Origin: Haliotis cracherodii
Taxonomy: Eukaryota
Direction: 5' to 3'
Length of the DNA: 64,000 nt
Assembly (NCBI RefSeq): GCF_022045235.1
Contig: NW_027266265.1
Span: 26,970,001 to 27,034,000, forward strand
Positions 1 through 14,100 of this stretch are shown in pieces. The notes below the pieces were generated by a model. It did not search any database, was not told the DNA's origin, and saw only the letters and a program-made list of their open reading frames with translations. Every line of letters starts with the position of its first letter. Position 1 is the stretch's first letter. Both the position numbers and the translations under genes were made by a program.

Positions 1-643
1 ATTGTCAGCAATAGAATTCTGACGGCAATTCCTATCATACAAGGCTCATCATATCACATGGACCATCAACATCTGGTATTCTTACAAACAATGCATTATG
101 GTTTAAGGGTTTACCTAGGTGTTCCCAGGAGCCAATATTTGGCACCAGGTGCACCGCAAAATTTGTAATTTAGAAGTATAATCACCCAAATCAGGTAATT
201 ACAAACATGTCTAAATGTTCTAGCTTCGCAAAAGTGACTTTCATTTCACTGATATAAGGATCGATAATCAGAAAAAGGGTTTAATACTTAGTTTTCCATA
301 ACAGCATTGTATGTCATGTCAACCTCTGAAGTTTGGGAAATAATGACTTCATAAATATTCCTAATTTTCGACAAAACAATGTTTTTTTTCCAATTTGCCT
401 GCAAAGGGCACTTACTGATTAGTTTAAAATACTAGATAAATCCATATGCTATCATCATTTGTGCTATCAGATATTGTGCTTACACTAGAATGAGGTTACA
501 TTGTCACTGCCACATAATTACAATGGTAAAAGCACCTTCACAAAGTTCACCAAATTGCAGTATGATTCTAAAAACATTAGAATGTGTACAAAGAGTTACT
601 CTAATAACATGACACTAACAAGGAAAGCAACCTATCAACTCAC

Positions 644-3600
644 ATCTTCAAGTTCGCCATCATCCTTTTCATCATCAGACGACGACAGTTCCCCATCCTG
701 CTGAAAGATTATATCACACAATGCAAACCATGGTAAACTCTTGCACTTGCTGTGTATTTAATTCACACCATGTTCAAACAAGGATATTAACTGTTCACAT
801 CAAGATCCTCGGTTCAAATGATTAATATTGCCTGTATCCTGGAGCAAACCCTAGCTTCAAGCATGTAATAAACTTCCTTATCTTACCTTGCATTAAGGCC
901 CTCATTTCAGATTAGTTACTGATGGACAATTCTGTCCCACAATAAGTGGATGCTACAGTATTCTAGTGGGTTTGTTTGACTTGCTTGAGTCTAGAGTAGA
1001 TTATACAACCCATCCCATGTTGGTTACCCTAAACATCCTCCTGTAATGAAATTTTGACTTAAAAATAAATGTGGACCTGTATTACCCACGTAAGATGGAG
1101 TTGGTTATTATCTCATGTTTACCAACACTGTAAATCATGAAGTAAGTGAGTCACCAAATTAATCTGAATGTCAACCCTTAGCCTAAAATGTGTCATGAAC
1201 TTATCATGCTTAATGTGAGTAACCCCTGCCTTTAAACTAAAAAAAATAATCAGAACACAATAACACCAAGACACAGACTTAGAATTCCATAACATAGTAT
1301 AGGGTGATATCGATTGAATAATATCATTGCCACCTTCACAAACTTAACTCCAACTGCTCAACATGAAATCAAAAGTAGGAGGTTCATATGAGATTGTACA
1401 GATTCTAAGTGTTGTTATACAAGTTAGCACAATCCCTTGAATGTAAATGAGAGTGTTATGAATTCACAACAAATGCTTTTCTTTTACCAGATATGTTTAG
1501 TATGAAGGCAAGCTGTGTTTTGCTTGTAATTATAAGTGATAAGATTATCTGACAGGTTACCCAGAACAAAGACTCTGTCATACACGGTTGGCAATTGTCA
1601 TAACAGCTTGATCAACTTTTGTAATCAAACTGACCACACTTGATTCAGAGTAGCACTGTCTAAATCTAGTACTCAATTGCAATGTTTATTATGAGCTTAG
1701 TTATGTACCGTCAAGTCCCGTAAATCCAACATGGCTGGTTGCTTATGATTATGTCGGATTAATGAGTATGTCGGATAAACGAAATTTGGTAGTATCAACT
1801 TCGTGATCGAAAATCGGAAAACTACACGAAAGATAACGATACAAACATGTAATAAAAAATGAAGAATGAAATATTCATATTGTTATGTTACATTGTTAGC
1901 AAAAAATGTTTTCTAATCATGCAACCTCTAAAGCTTAACACAAAACAACTATTATGGACTGTATGACTGTTTCGAAATACTTTAAAAAGCATGGTCTGGA
2001 ATGGAAGTCGGCAGTTTGAAACTTGTATCGCAAAACTCAAGAAAGCTGATTTCTTACTGGCTAATGACGTCTTCCTGTTAGTCATTGCATTGGTCGGTCA
2101 TAGTTCGCGAAAGGTTGTTCTGACGTGACCTGTAATGGGGTGTCTTCGGCGGTAGTGAGAACTTGTATATGATTTTAATGAGATTGAGGTAATCTAAGCA
2201 TGTAATAAATCCTGTTTTGTTTTATCAAAGCATTCATTGTTTATTGGAAAGCAACTTTCTCTGCAGCCGTTGTAATAATTGACTTGTATCGATTCAAAAC
2301 ACGGGCTGTGTGCTCGCGGGCAGATGACCACAGAGTACGCTGATCCCTGTGTCAGATTAACGAGACTGATTAATGAGTGATTTTGGTAATTCGTTGCAAA
2401 TTAGGGGTGTAGGAGTCAGAATGCGAGACTGTCGGATTACGAGTCTAAATAGCACTGACTTAATTGGTTCCAATCATTAGTGTTGAATAAAGCTGATTGT
2501 CGGATTAACGAGACTTGACTGTATGTCATCGCTTCTGGCCATTTGCAGTGAACTTCAAATTACAATATACGCCAATACGTCCAAATAAAAATGTGTTACA
2601 TTATTTTAAGGCAAGAAAGGGAAACTCGCTTTTTTTCACATTAACTTCAAGATTTGAAATATTTTTCGTCAATATCGCAGCCAGGGCAGACACACCAAAC
2701 TAGGCTTCACACATTGTGTCCATGTTGGGAATCAAACCCTGGTCTTCAACATAACAAAGCAAAGCTTTGACCACCAGGCTATCCCATGATCCCTCAAAGG
2801 GCTTATGTTCCCATGGTGGCAGAAATAGACAGTTAATCAGTTGGTCATGGTTACCATGGTTACAGGAGTGGATAATTTATCAGTATCACATTCAATGTAA
2901 CCTGCAAGTCCAACATTATTTAATGAGGGTTATCGCAAAGTGCATAAATCAAACTCATCACACTACACGAAGACAAAATGCCATATAAAAGGCTTAACAA
3001 AATCTTTTCTGCATTTGGTGTCTAATCATGCTGATGTTGAAATGACTATTTGATGTTTCAAAAGTAAAAAGAAAACCTTTTCATCTCCATCCTTTTGCCT
3101 GTCCTCATCTTCTCCTGCTTCCTTGGAGTCATTGGCATGCCCATGCATATCATCACCTTCCTCTTCATCGTAATCTAGTTCAACATGCTCTTCATTGAAG
3201 CTGGTATTTGACTGCACCTTACCTGCTTTATCACTGTCTCTGTGGACAGGAGAAATATCATGACCATTAGGGATGGCACTGGAATTGCGATTTTCACCTA
3301 TGTCCTCAAATTTTCTAAGAGCATCTACACTTTCCACAGAAATGTTCCTCAAAATATCTTTTTCCGGGTCCCTTGAACTATGAACATCTGACTCTGGATC
3401 AATGTTACTTTGTGACACTTCAGAGCTACCAGATGTATCATTAGAAGGTGCACTGCTATGCTCTATTGATGCCCTGGGTGAACTAGTAACAACACTACTA
3501 TGTACAATGGGCACACTGACATCGCTTTCTGAGAATATTTGTGGTTTGTCAATACTCTGAGATACTTTGGAATCTGCATCAACCTGAGGTAAAGAATGCT

Positions 3601-4552
3601 TGTCATCATGCGGGGAAGATTCTGATTCTCTGACACTATCATCAGAATCTCTTGCCATTGCTTCCCTACAGCTGACAGCACTGTCACATACACCATCCTC
3701 GCTCTGTTCAGTGTTTCCTTCCATCAGGTCAAGAGAATACAGGTCCTCTTCTTCCTTTGAATCACACTGTTCCTTATTTTGATATTCAGCCACAGCTTCA
3801 GAAACCTTGTCAGTAGATGGACTCAGAGGTGATGAAATGTGTCCTGAGCTGTCAGCATGTTGTCCATCTTCTATCTGGGCAAAAGAAGTTGCTATTGCAT
3901 CTTCTTGGTCAACTGTGGAGTCTGCACCCAGGTCTTCTTGTTGAGGATAAACTTCAGAGTCATTTTCTGTCATAGATGATGGTTCTGGGGATGCTGGGGT
4001 GTCATCTCCCCATGTATTCTGTACACTATCACCTTCTTCTTGAACAGAACTTGCTTCACCTTGCTCAGAACCTTGGGTGTCTTCTTTATCTTCCATTGCA
4101 TCACTTGCTTCATGCAAATGAGAACTGGTCTCAGTTTGCAGTTCTTGAGGACTACCTGGACTCTCTTCGCCATGATCGGGACTAGGAGATATGGGTCTTT
4201 CCCCCTGCTGCATATCAACAGGTGATCTGATGTTTAAAGGTTGTTGCTGTTCAACAACAACTGGAAACTCATGTTCCATTGGAGATGCATATTGAGCTGG
4301 TGGTGACTCTGGGCTTTCCTCACTGTCACTCTCTTCAACACTTGCTTCATTTTCATTTAATTCAGCACTCTGAGCATCAGTTATCATAGATTCCTGACTT
4401 TTAGGATACTCCTCATCATAACCATAGTCACTCTGGGGTCCAGAGCTGGGTGACTTATCAGGAATAAGAGCATCAATGTCAATTGCTTCACCATCTTTGT
4501 CTTGTTCGGTCACATTTTCAGGTGATTGTTCCATTAACTCCACAGCTTCCAT
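644..4552 (-). CDS. ZC3H18: 5' part of a gene encoding a highly acidic, disordered N-terminus; probable zinc finger CCCH domain-containing protein 18 (continues beyond window start)
   Basis: Large coding exon 4552-3077 (ATG at 4552, acceptor at 4572-4574, donor AAG|GTTTTC; 492 codons, D/E/S-rich). Small exon 700-644 reads QDGELSSSDDEKDDGELED with donor GAT|GTGAGT. Non-coding exon 1 ends at 4902 (GTGAG donor). EEHVELDYDEEE followed by DGE..D repeats resembles the ZC3H18 N-terminus (EHELDYDEE...DDGEIDDGEIDD). The zinc finger is not in the window, so the symbol is tentative. Confidence 0.6.
1708..2521. mobile_element. Non-autonomous Tc1/mariner-superfamily (pogo/Tigger-like) element
   Basis: Imperfect ~24-bp TIRs (CCGTCAAGTCCCGTAAATCCAACA ... 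TGTCGGATTAACGAGACTTGACTG) flanked by TA on both sides. No ORF. A second partial copy lies at 25474-25838. Confidence 0.8.
2671..2785 (-). mobile_element. Degenerate tRNA-derived SINE
   Basis: GGCTTCACACATTGTGTCCATGTTGGGAATCAAACCC...ACCAGGCTATCCC is reverse-complement similar to the 6548-6718 SINE. Confidence 0.7.
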
Positions 4553-4901
4553 TTGGCTGGTAAGAAGTTCCCTGCATTGGAAACACATGACAACATAAAT
4601 ACTAAGAATTACAATTTAGCAGGGACAGGCAATAGGTGATGTGAAACATACAAATATAGAGCAATTATGACCCGTCAAAAGTTTTAATTTGGCAGCATTG
4701 ACAGTAAAATGACGCATAATTCATACACTCAAGTATCGTCATTCCATATCCTTCGACCAATAATGAAAATACTGACACAGTAAACAGTATGTCCAGACCT
4801 GATCACATTCACAAACCGTCTTGTCACACGTTTTCTGTGTCGATTCAAAGGAGACGCTTTCTCAGTCAAATTACGGAAAATAAATGAAACCAAATCCTCA
4901 C

Positions 4902-5105
4902 CCGCTGGCGATTTCCTTAAACCTTGTCAATTCGACTCAGAAATGGCTATAATAAAATATGAATTAGTATGAAATAGTATCCAAAAAGATAAAAATCCTG
5001 TAAGGCTAGAACACCACAGCCTCTGGTGTAGAGGCCGCCATTGTTCTACATTGATTGGACGAAACCAGTCATATGACCAACCGGAAGCAATAATTTGGGT
5101 CAAAC
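4902..5105. promoter_or_regulatory. Short bidirectional promoter region between ZC3H18-like exon 1 and CTNNBL1
   Basis: Minus-strand exon 1 donor at 4902 and CTNNBL1 ATG at 5106. Contains a YY1-type GCCGCCATTGTT (~5034-5045), ATTGG (CCAAT box, 5054-5058) and ETS-type CCGGAAG (5081-5087). Locally CpG-richer than the flanking gene bodies. Confidence 0.65.
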
Positions 5106-8100
5106 ATGGACGTAGGAGAGCTGTTATCGTACCAGGTAGTCTATACTTATTACTGTAACATTTCATAGAAGACCGCAATAAATGGAATAAGAGTGTTTGT
5201 AAAGCCGCTTCTATTGTTAAAAAATGCAACTGCGTGTAACGTGGTTTCAGACTGAACGTTACGCCGGAAGATGCATTATGCACGAGTACCTGTTTTGTGT
5301 ACCCTAAATTCGTCACTCATCACGACGTTATTTAGCCATCAATGGAATTGTTAGCTCGCTATTCAAAGATCTTTGTACATTAATTGCTTATGTTGTAGTG
5401 GGGTCGTTAGTTATCATAATTGACGATATGGTTTTTACGCTCGGAGAAAGAGCATGATCAAGTACATGAAGTGCATCGTCATTGCTGTGCAAGTGCACGA
5501 TCTAAATATCAAAATATGATGAGACAATGTGAAGCAATCCATGCACATGGTAATCATGGTAAATAGTCCCAGTGTGGGCCAGTCAAACACGTGGTTGATA
5601 GTGTGAACAACAATCCAAGTCATCTCATTACAATGACACACAATCAGTCAAGCAAACATTGTAAGTTCCAAGTGCTATTGTTTTAGTCATTCTGGCAAGC
5701 ATAGTTCCAAGTGCTATTGTTTTAGTCATTCTGGCAAGCATGAGCAGCATGAGCAATGTCAGGCCCTCCTATGTATTGGAATGAAAAGAAGCATTATCAG
5801 AATTAATGTAAGCAATATTGTGTGTATAGCTACAAAGTGTGAAAGAATAGTCTCAAATGCCATATCAATGCAGTAACTATCATTGTTACAGAGGTTCTCA
5901 TAGGAATCACCCACAGCTTCTACTGGAACCATTTGCATCGGCAACCGAATACATTCAGTCATATCTGTATAATTCCGCATTTCGCCAAACTACAACTAAA
6001 CTTACTGTGTGCGAAACATGACTGACAGTAGCAGAGATAAGAAACTGGGAAGTGTTTTAATCAACGCTCATTTCCAGAGAATGTAATTCTAATTAAGAAG
6101 TTAATGCGCACTGAACATAAATTATGATTCCGCTTCGATACAGATTATTCGTCTTAAGCAAAAATGTATTTTGTATGCATTATCAATGTATTTTGATGGG
6201 AGTCAAATGCAAATGCTTATTATTCAATAATAGAGCTAGATAAATTACTTCACCCATTATTTCATTCACTGTTTTAGCGTTTAGCTCTTTATGGTAGATC
6301 TAGTATTTGCTCAATAATTGTTGATATAACCGGGCTAATAAAAAAAATCTGTAAGGAATTTGTATGTGGCTTATTTGCACTTAAACAATAATATTAATTA
6401 TCCCCCGAGACGAGGAGGGATATAGGAACGGGTTTGGTCTGTCTGTCCATCCACTTCTCAATGGGGACACATTTTCTGAAAAAGTATTTAAAGTCAGAGA
6501 AATGAAATTTTACACCCTGATATATCTGGTCATGATCTTAAGTGAGTAGGGGCGGTCGGGTAGCCTAGTGGTTAAAGCATTCGCTCGTCACGCCGAATAC
6601 CCGGGTTCGAATCCCGACATGGGTGCAATGTTTGAAGCCCATTTCTGGTGTCCACCGCCGTGATATTGCTGGAATATTGCTAAAAGCGGCGTAAAACCAA
6701 ACTCACTCACTCACTCACTCTTAAGTGAGTTTGAAAATTGGTGTCTTAAATTAGGTTAAAATCAAAATAAGTTTTTACATAGTTATTGCCCATGATCCAT
6801 GCTTTTTAAGTGGATAGTGTCTGCATGTTAGACAAGCTTATCCAAGAAAGACTTATCAAGACTAAAGACGAGAATTGGTGCCATTAATTATTTTGTCCAG
6901 AGAATGGTCCTTTTGTGTGTACATGTATTAATTTCACATTTAATCATTTTTTCAGATGACGTAAGGTTTCCTACTGCCTATCTCTTCTTAAGGCTTTATA
7001 GGATTCTTTTTTATAGTTTATATTTACTACTATATGAACAAACAAAATTCTAATGTGTCCCATGGTGAGGGATAGTTATAAAGCTGTTTTCGTGTTTATA
7101 TGTATTTTATTAATATATACCATTACTAGATCCTGATGTGTGTGTTTTGGCTACCACACAGTTGTCAAGATTGCTGAGGTCTGGTGGGTTGATAGGCAAG
7201 ATGTCAGGCATCTTCAGCTGGTTAGAAAACATGTCTCACACTTTTGATAACAAATTCTGATGCATATGAATACTAGTTGCTAAATGTCATGTATTTTATA
7301 TTTTATGGTCAAGACTTCAAGTCAGACTAACCAAAAGATATTACTTCCCTTGTCACTTATTTGTTTATCACCGCCACACTGTTTTTCCCGGAAAGGTGTT
7401 GTCAATTAACTACGATTGACTTTTGCCCGATACAGCCAAAGTTATTCCGCTGCTTTTCACCAATTTTTCCATAGCAGGTGTGCACATATTCTGCTAACGA
7501 CCGCTGTCATTATAGTCAAATCTGATAGTGTTTCTTTTCTTTCGCATAAGTGCTTTCGGTTCCAATACGGGCACTATGCTACCAATACACTTTCTTTTTA
7601 ACCTGTTCAATGCTTCTTATTCAAATAGATAGGAGGGCCTGGAGGTACTGGGGAACTGCTGTGCCTTACACTGGGCTGGGATAGAAATTAGTGCTAGCCC
7701 AATAGCTAAAGTCAGTTGATCCAACATTAAGGGTGTGACAAAGGCTAGTAGGATTATGTTTTTTTTAGTGGGTGCCCAAATATGTTATCACTATTCAGTT
7801 TAACATTGCAGGTTTATTTCTACCGCTGTCATTTGAGATTACCGGGCCATCAACAGTGTGTCTGGTCAAGTCATATACCGGCCACTATCTTGTGTAGCTG
7901 GAACAATGCTGATTGCAGTGTTAAACAACATACGCCATCTTCCTGATCACATTGATGTGAATTGTTTCTTACTTTGATCTGTTCATGCAAATGATTCATT
8001 CTTGTTAGCGCACTAATATAGAAGTGATTACTATCAATGTATCATGTATCTATTCATTGATGTGAGCAGTGAGACTTGATCATTACACAAATTAATCCCT

Positions 8101-11100
8101 GGGTACAGTGAATTATGTCCTATTGGGCACCTGATAACCTTACAGGAACACATGGATAAAGTGCACGTTTTTACATTTCTGGCTCTGATGTTATCAGTCT
8201 GATTGTCTGTAAGAATATAACTTCTAAAGGTTAGTTCTGATCAGAGTCTTCTTATGCTAAATCAAGAAATTGTTGACAAATGTGGATTACCAAAAGTGAA
8301 TACATTCATCAATGAATCATTGACCTGAAACAGATAAATTCTAGAGAGTGTGCTTATTTGAAAACTTGTCATCAAAATGTTCAATGATTTACAGCCTGAC
8401 AAGCCAATTGCAAACCTAAAGAAGAGAAGAGATGATGATCGTCCTGAATATGATATCCCTAGAAAGAAGAGGATGGGAGACGATGATGACCCTGAAAGAA
8501 TCTTGGAGATGGCTGAAGATGACCTTGCAGTAAGTATTGAGGGTCCCATCCACCACCTCACATGTGTTCCTGGGGAAACAGCCTATTCAGCATTAATTGC
8601 ATTACTAAAATGATGGAAATTTAATCATCCTTTATTTAAAAAAATCTCATATCCATCAGTTGATAAATATGTTATGTGTACATTAACAGTGTCATTTTTC
8701 AGCACCAAGACACAGACAAGGGTTGACTTTTCAGTGTTTGTAAATTGAAATGTTATTTTCAGACTGATGTGTTAGATGAGACAAATCTAAAGAAGATGTT
8801 GCTGCAGTTTGAAAAGAAAGTATACCGAAATCAAGAAATGAGGATAAAATTTCCAGATCTGCCTGAAAAGTGAGTGTTTTAACATCTACTGTCAACTTCC
8901 TGAAAGTGGATGAATTTTTGGTGTTGACTGACTGACTGACTTACTCTCTGTGTCAGACTAGCCACACTTGTATAACACTGAACACTTTCAGTGTTGACCG
9001 ACTTACTCTCTGTATCAGGCTGGCTACCCTTGTGTAACACTGAACCCTTTTGGTGTTGACTGACTTACTCTGTATCAGGCTGGCTACCCTTGTGTAACAC
9101 TGAACCCTTTTGGTGTTGACTGACTTACTCTCTGTGTCAGGCTGGCTACCCTTGTGTAACACTGAACCCTTTTGGTGTTGACTGACTTACTCTGTGTCAG
9201 GCTGGCTACCCTTGTGTAACACTGAACCCTTTTGGTGTTGACTGACTTACTCTGTGTCAGGCTGGCTACCCTTGTGTAACACTGAACCCTTTCGGTGTTG
9301 ACTGATTTACTCTCTGTGTCAGGCTGGCTACCCTTGTGTAACACTGAACCCTTTCGGTGTTGACTGATTTACTCTCTGTGTCAGGCTGGCTACCCTTGTG
9401 TAACACTGAACCCTTTTGGTGTTGACTGACTTACTCTGTGTCAGGCTGGCTACCCTTGTGTAACACTGGACCCTTTCGGTGTTGACTGATTTACTCTCTG
9501 TGTCAGGCTGGCTACCCTTGTGTAACACTGGACCCTTTCGGTGTTGACTGATTTACTCTCTGTGTCAGGCTGGCTACCCTTGTGTAACACTGGACCCTTT
9601 CGGTGTTGACTGACTTATTCTGTGTCAGGCTGGCTACCCTTGTGTAACACTGAACCCTTTTGGTGTTGACTGACTTACTCTCTGTGTCAGGCTGGCTACC
9701 CTTGTGTAACACTGGACCCTTTCGGTGTTGACTGATTTACTCTCTGTGTCAGGCCGGCTACCCTTGTGTAACACTGGACCCTTTCGGTGTTGACTGACTT
9801 ACTCCCAGTGTCAGGCTGGCTACCCTTGTGTAACACTGAACCCTTTTGGTGTTGACTGACTTACTCTGTGTGTCAGGCTGGCTACCCTTGTGTAACACTG
9901 AACCCTTTCAGTGTTGACTGACTGACAGCAGCCAGTGTTGAATGGCTCCAGCCAGACTAGTCTGCCCGGTATATTGGATACCATATGTTCTGAAGTGACT
10001 TCCTCCACACTTGTGAAACATGTGCCACCCTATCAAACCTGTGATTTGTATTGATATTGAGCAAAGTGACAAACAGAATGGACAGGAACACACACAATCA
10101 ACTAGTTCAATATGTTGGACTCCCCAGTCCCATGTATTTGCCAATTAGACATGAAGTAGAGTGCTGGGACCCATTCTGTTGTAATACCTAGACTTGTTTA
10201 CACTGTATTAAGACATATGACATTGAAAGATGAATAAATAGCCTTTGTGTTCTACCTGTGACAGGTTTATGGAGTCTGAGATTGAGCTGAACGATGTCAT
10301 TCAGGAGATGCATGTGATAGCCACAGTGCCCGAGTTGTACCATGCATTGGTGGAGTTGAACACAGTGCAGTCACTGCTGCAGCTGCTCACACATGAAAAC
10401 ACAGGTATGTCTGCACATGTAAACACAGGTATGTCTACACATGTAAACACAGGTATGTCTGCACATGAAAACACAGGTATGTCAGCACATGAAAACACAG
10501 GTATGTCAGCACATGAAAACACAGGTATGTCAGCACATGTAAACACAGGTATGTCTGCACATGAAAAAACAGGTATGTCAGCACATGTAATCACAGGTAT
10601 GTCAGCACATGAAAACACAGGTATGTCTGCACATTTAAACACAGGTATGTCTGCACATGTAAACACAGGTATGTCTGCACATGTAAACAGGCCCTTTACT
10701 GCTTGTCTACCCACACCCTTTACTGTTTGTCTACCCACACCGTTTACTGGTTGTCTACCCACACCGTTTACTGCTTGTCTACCCACACCATTTACTGGTT
10801 GTCTACCCACACACTTTACATTTTGTCTACCCACACCCTTTACTGCTTCTCTACCCACACCCTTTACATTTTGTCTACCCACACCCTTTACTGCTTGTCT
10901 ACCCACACCCTTTACTGTTTGTCTACCCACAACCGTTAATGCTCGTCTACCCACACCCTTTACAGTTTGTCTACCCACACCCTTTACTGGTTGTCTACCC
11001 ACACCCTTTACTGCTTGTCTACCCACACCCTTTACTGTTTGTCTACCCACAACTGTTAATGCTCGTCTACCCACACCCTTTACAGTTTGTCTACCCACAC

Positions 11101-14100
11101 CCTTTACTGGTTGTCTACCCACACCCTTTACTGCTTGTCTACCCACACCCTTTACTGTTTGTCTACCCACACCCTTTACATTTTGTCTACCCACACCCTT
11201 TACTGTTTGTCTACCCACACCCTTTACTGTTTGTCTACCCACACCCTTTACTGGTTGTCTACCCACACCCTTTACTGTGTGTCTACCCACACCCTTTACA
11301 TTTTGTCTACCCACACCCTTTACATTTTGTCTACCCATACCCTTTACTGCTTGTCTACCCACACCCTTTACTGTTTGTCTACCCACACCCTTTACATTTT
11401 GTCTACCCACACCCTTTACAGTCTGTCTACCCACACCCTTTCCTGCTTGTCTACCCACACCCTTTACTGCTTGTCTACCCACACCCTTTACTGCTTGTCT
11501 ACCCACACCATTTACTGTTTGTCTACCCACACCCTTTACAGTTGGTCTACCCACACCCTTTCCTGCTTGTCTACCCACACCCTTTACTGGTTGTCTACCC
11601 ACACCCTTTACATTTTGTCTACCCACACCCTTTACAGTTTGTCTACCCACACCCTTTACTGCTTGTCTACCCGAACCATTTACTGTTTGTCTACCCACAC
11701 CCATTACTGTTTGTCTACCCACACCATTTACTGTTTGTCTACCCACACCCTTTACTGTTTGTCTACCCACACCCTTTACTGGTTGTCTACCCACACCCTT
11801 TACTGTTTGTCTACCCACAACCGTTAATGCTCGTCTACCCACACCCTTTACAGTTTGTCTACCCACACCCTTTACTGGTTGTCTACCCACACCCTTTACT
11901 GCTTGTCTACCCACACCCTTTACTGTTTGTCTACCCACACCCTTTACATTTTGTCTACCCACACCCTTTACTGTTTGTCTACCCACACCCTTTCCTGCTT
12001 GTCTACCCACACCCTTTACTGGTTGTCTACCCACACCCTTTACTGCTTGTCTACCCACACCCTTTACAGTTTGTCTACCCACACCCTTTCCTGCTTGTCT
12101 ACCCACACCCTTTACTGTTTGTCTACCCACACCCTTTACATTTTGTCTACCCACACCCTTTACAGTTTGTCTACCCACACCCTTTACTGCTTGTCTACCC
12201 ACACCATTTACTGTTTGTCTACCCACACCCTTTACTGTTTGTCTACCCACACCCTTTACTGTTTGTCTACCCACACCCTTTACTGGTTGTCTACCCACAC
12301 CCTTTACTGCTTGTCTACCCACACCCTTTACAGTTTGTCTACCCACACCCTTTACTGGTTGTCTACCCACACCCTTTCCTGCTTGTCTACCCACACCATT
12401 TACTGCTTGTCTACCCACACCCGTTACTGCTTGTCTACCCACACCCTTTACTGCTTGTCTACCCACACCCGTTACTGCTTGTCTACCCACACCCTAAACT
12501 GGTTGACTCTCATGGTTGTCTGGTACGATATTAGAAAAAAATCTATAAATTTGTTTTAACAAGAAGACTTTCAGTGGCTTGTACCCCTATGTAACCCCAT
12601 TTTGATAATAATTGTCAACGTTTATTAATTCATGTGCAAAATTTGGTTGTTTTCTTGTTATCAGTGACATGGCAGAGTCATGTGACAAACTAATAATTTT
12701 GTCCACCCAGCAAGATTCCCTTATTTTTTGGCAATAACCATGATGACATACTAGTATATCATAGGAAAAACAAGAATGTTTAACTCAATTGTCAATACCA
12801 AATTTATAATCCACGGGATTAGAAATAACCGAGTTCATAAAAATCATAAGTGCACTAGTTCAAATATCACTTCTCACACACCAGTGCATTGTGTAAGTCA
12901 TCTGGACAGAATGTTGTCACACTAGAAATGATGTCATAGCTGAAGATTGTTGATGTCAATCGACAAGTTGTTTTCTAGGACAGCTGTGGGGATCAAGGTA
13001 TTTTTTGTAAATGAGAGCTCAAAAAGATTAAGAAATAATGGGAAATAGAGAAGTTATTACACCCACATGAATCTTGCTGATTTTACGAAACTTGTGTAAG
13101 AAATCATGTATTACCCTCATCGGAGCTCCAGATGACTTTTTGAGCAATTGAGTTTTTACTCTAGGGTTTCTATTTTAATTGGGTTATTACATTTTCATTG
13201 GGTAACCAATATTTTTTCACTCATCTATTGATTACTCTATTGGGTTTTTCCCACAATTGGTGAACATTTTCAGATTTATAAAACATGAAATAATGTTTTA
13301 GATGTATATAACTGGTTTTAATATATAGGCTTGACTCAGAAAGGAAATTAGCTTGTAATTGTGTTTTGGAAATTAGCTCCTTTGTACACATGCTGAAAAA
13401 GCTTCATTGGACATTAACGCTTGCTGTTTTAATACATTTGAATTTTTCATCTAATGCAAGCATTTCTGTATGCTAGTTAATAGAAAGTAATTGGGTTTTG
13501 AATACGCTGCTTATCTGTAGCTATGCCAGTGAATTCTGACACTCGTTTAGTAAAACCAGTATGACACTCATGTTCGTATAATAATCTCTATAAAGAAACT
13601 TGCCTTATATTTTGGTCTGTCAAATAAGTTAAGAAATGGTCTATGTTCATAAATATGTTTTTTTCACCTGCCAATGTTAATCTGTAAGCAGAAAATAAAT
13701 GTGTGCAGTTAAACTTTGAGTGATGTTTTGTTGCCAGATATTGCAATAGCTGTGGTTGACCTGATCCAGGAACTGACAGACGTTGACACCCTCAACGAGA
13801 GCGAGGAAGGCGCAGGAGCTGTAGTGGATGTCTTGGTGAGTCAAGTGATGCTCACATTATGAAGATCATCAGCGGTAGAAATGAACTATCACAGATGCCA
13901 AGCTCTACCACCCTGAAATCTTAATTTCTTGTGATAAGATTTTGTAACAAAGAGTAATCCGATCAATGAACTTGTATTTGTTGTGCCCGAGGTAGAGAAT
14001 CTTCCTTTTGCTTGTATTCATAATGTGTCATTTTTTCCCCAAATTTTATTCCCCCTTTAACACCCAGACACCAGGCCGTGTTTTCTCCTTGAAACCCAGA

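Noticed and set aside
6548-6620. tRNA-like sequence
   Set aside because: It continues into a SINE body and (ACTC)n tail, is bounded by a TSD and has multiple decayed copies in the window.
10245-12559. 750-aa, 729-aa and 531-aa repetitive ORFs on both strands
   Set aside because: They are read-through of 24-bp intronic minisatellites, open in several frames and on both strands. Only 10265-10404 is a real CTNNBL1 exon.
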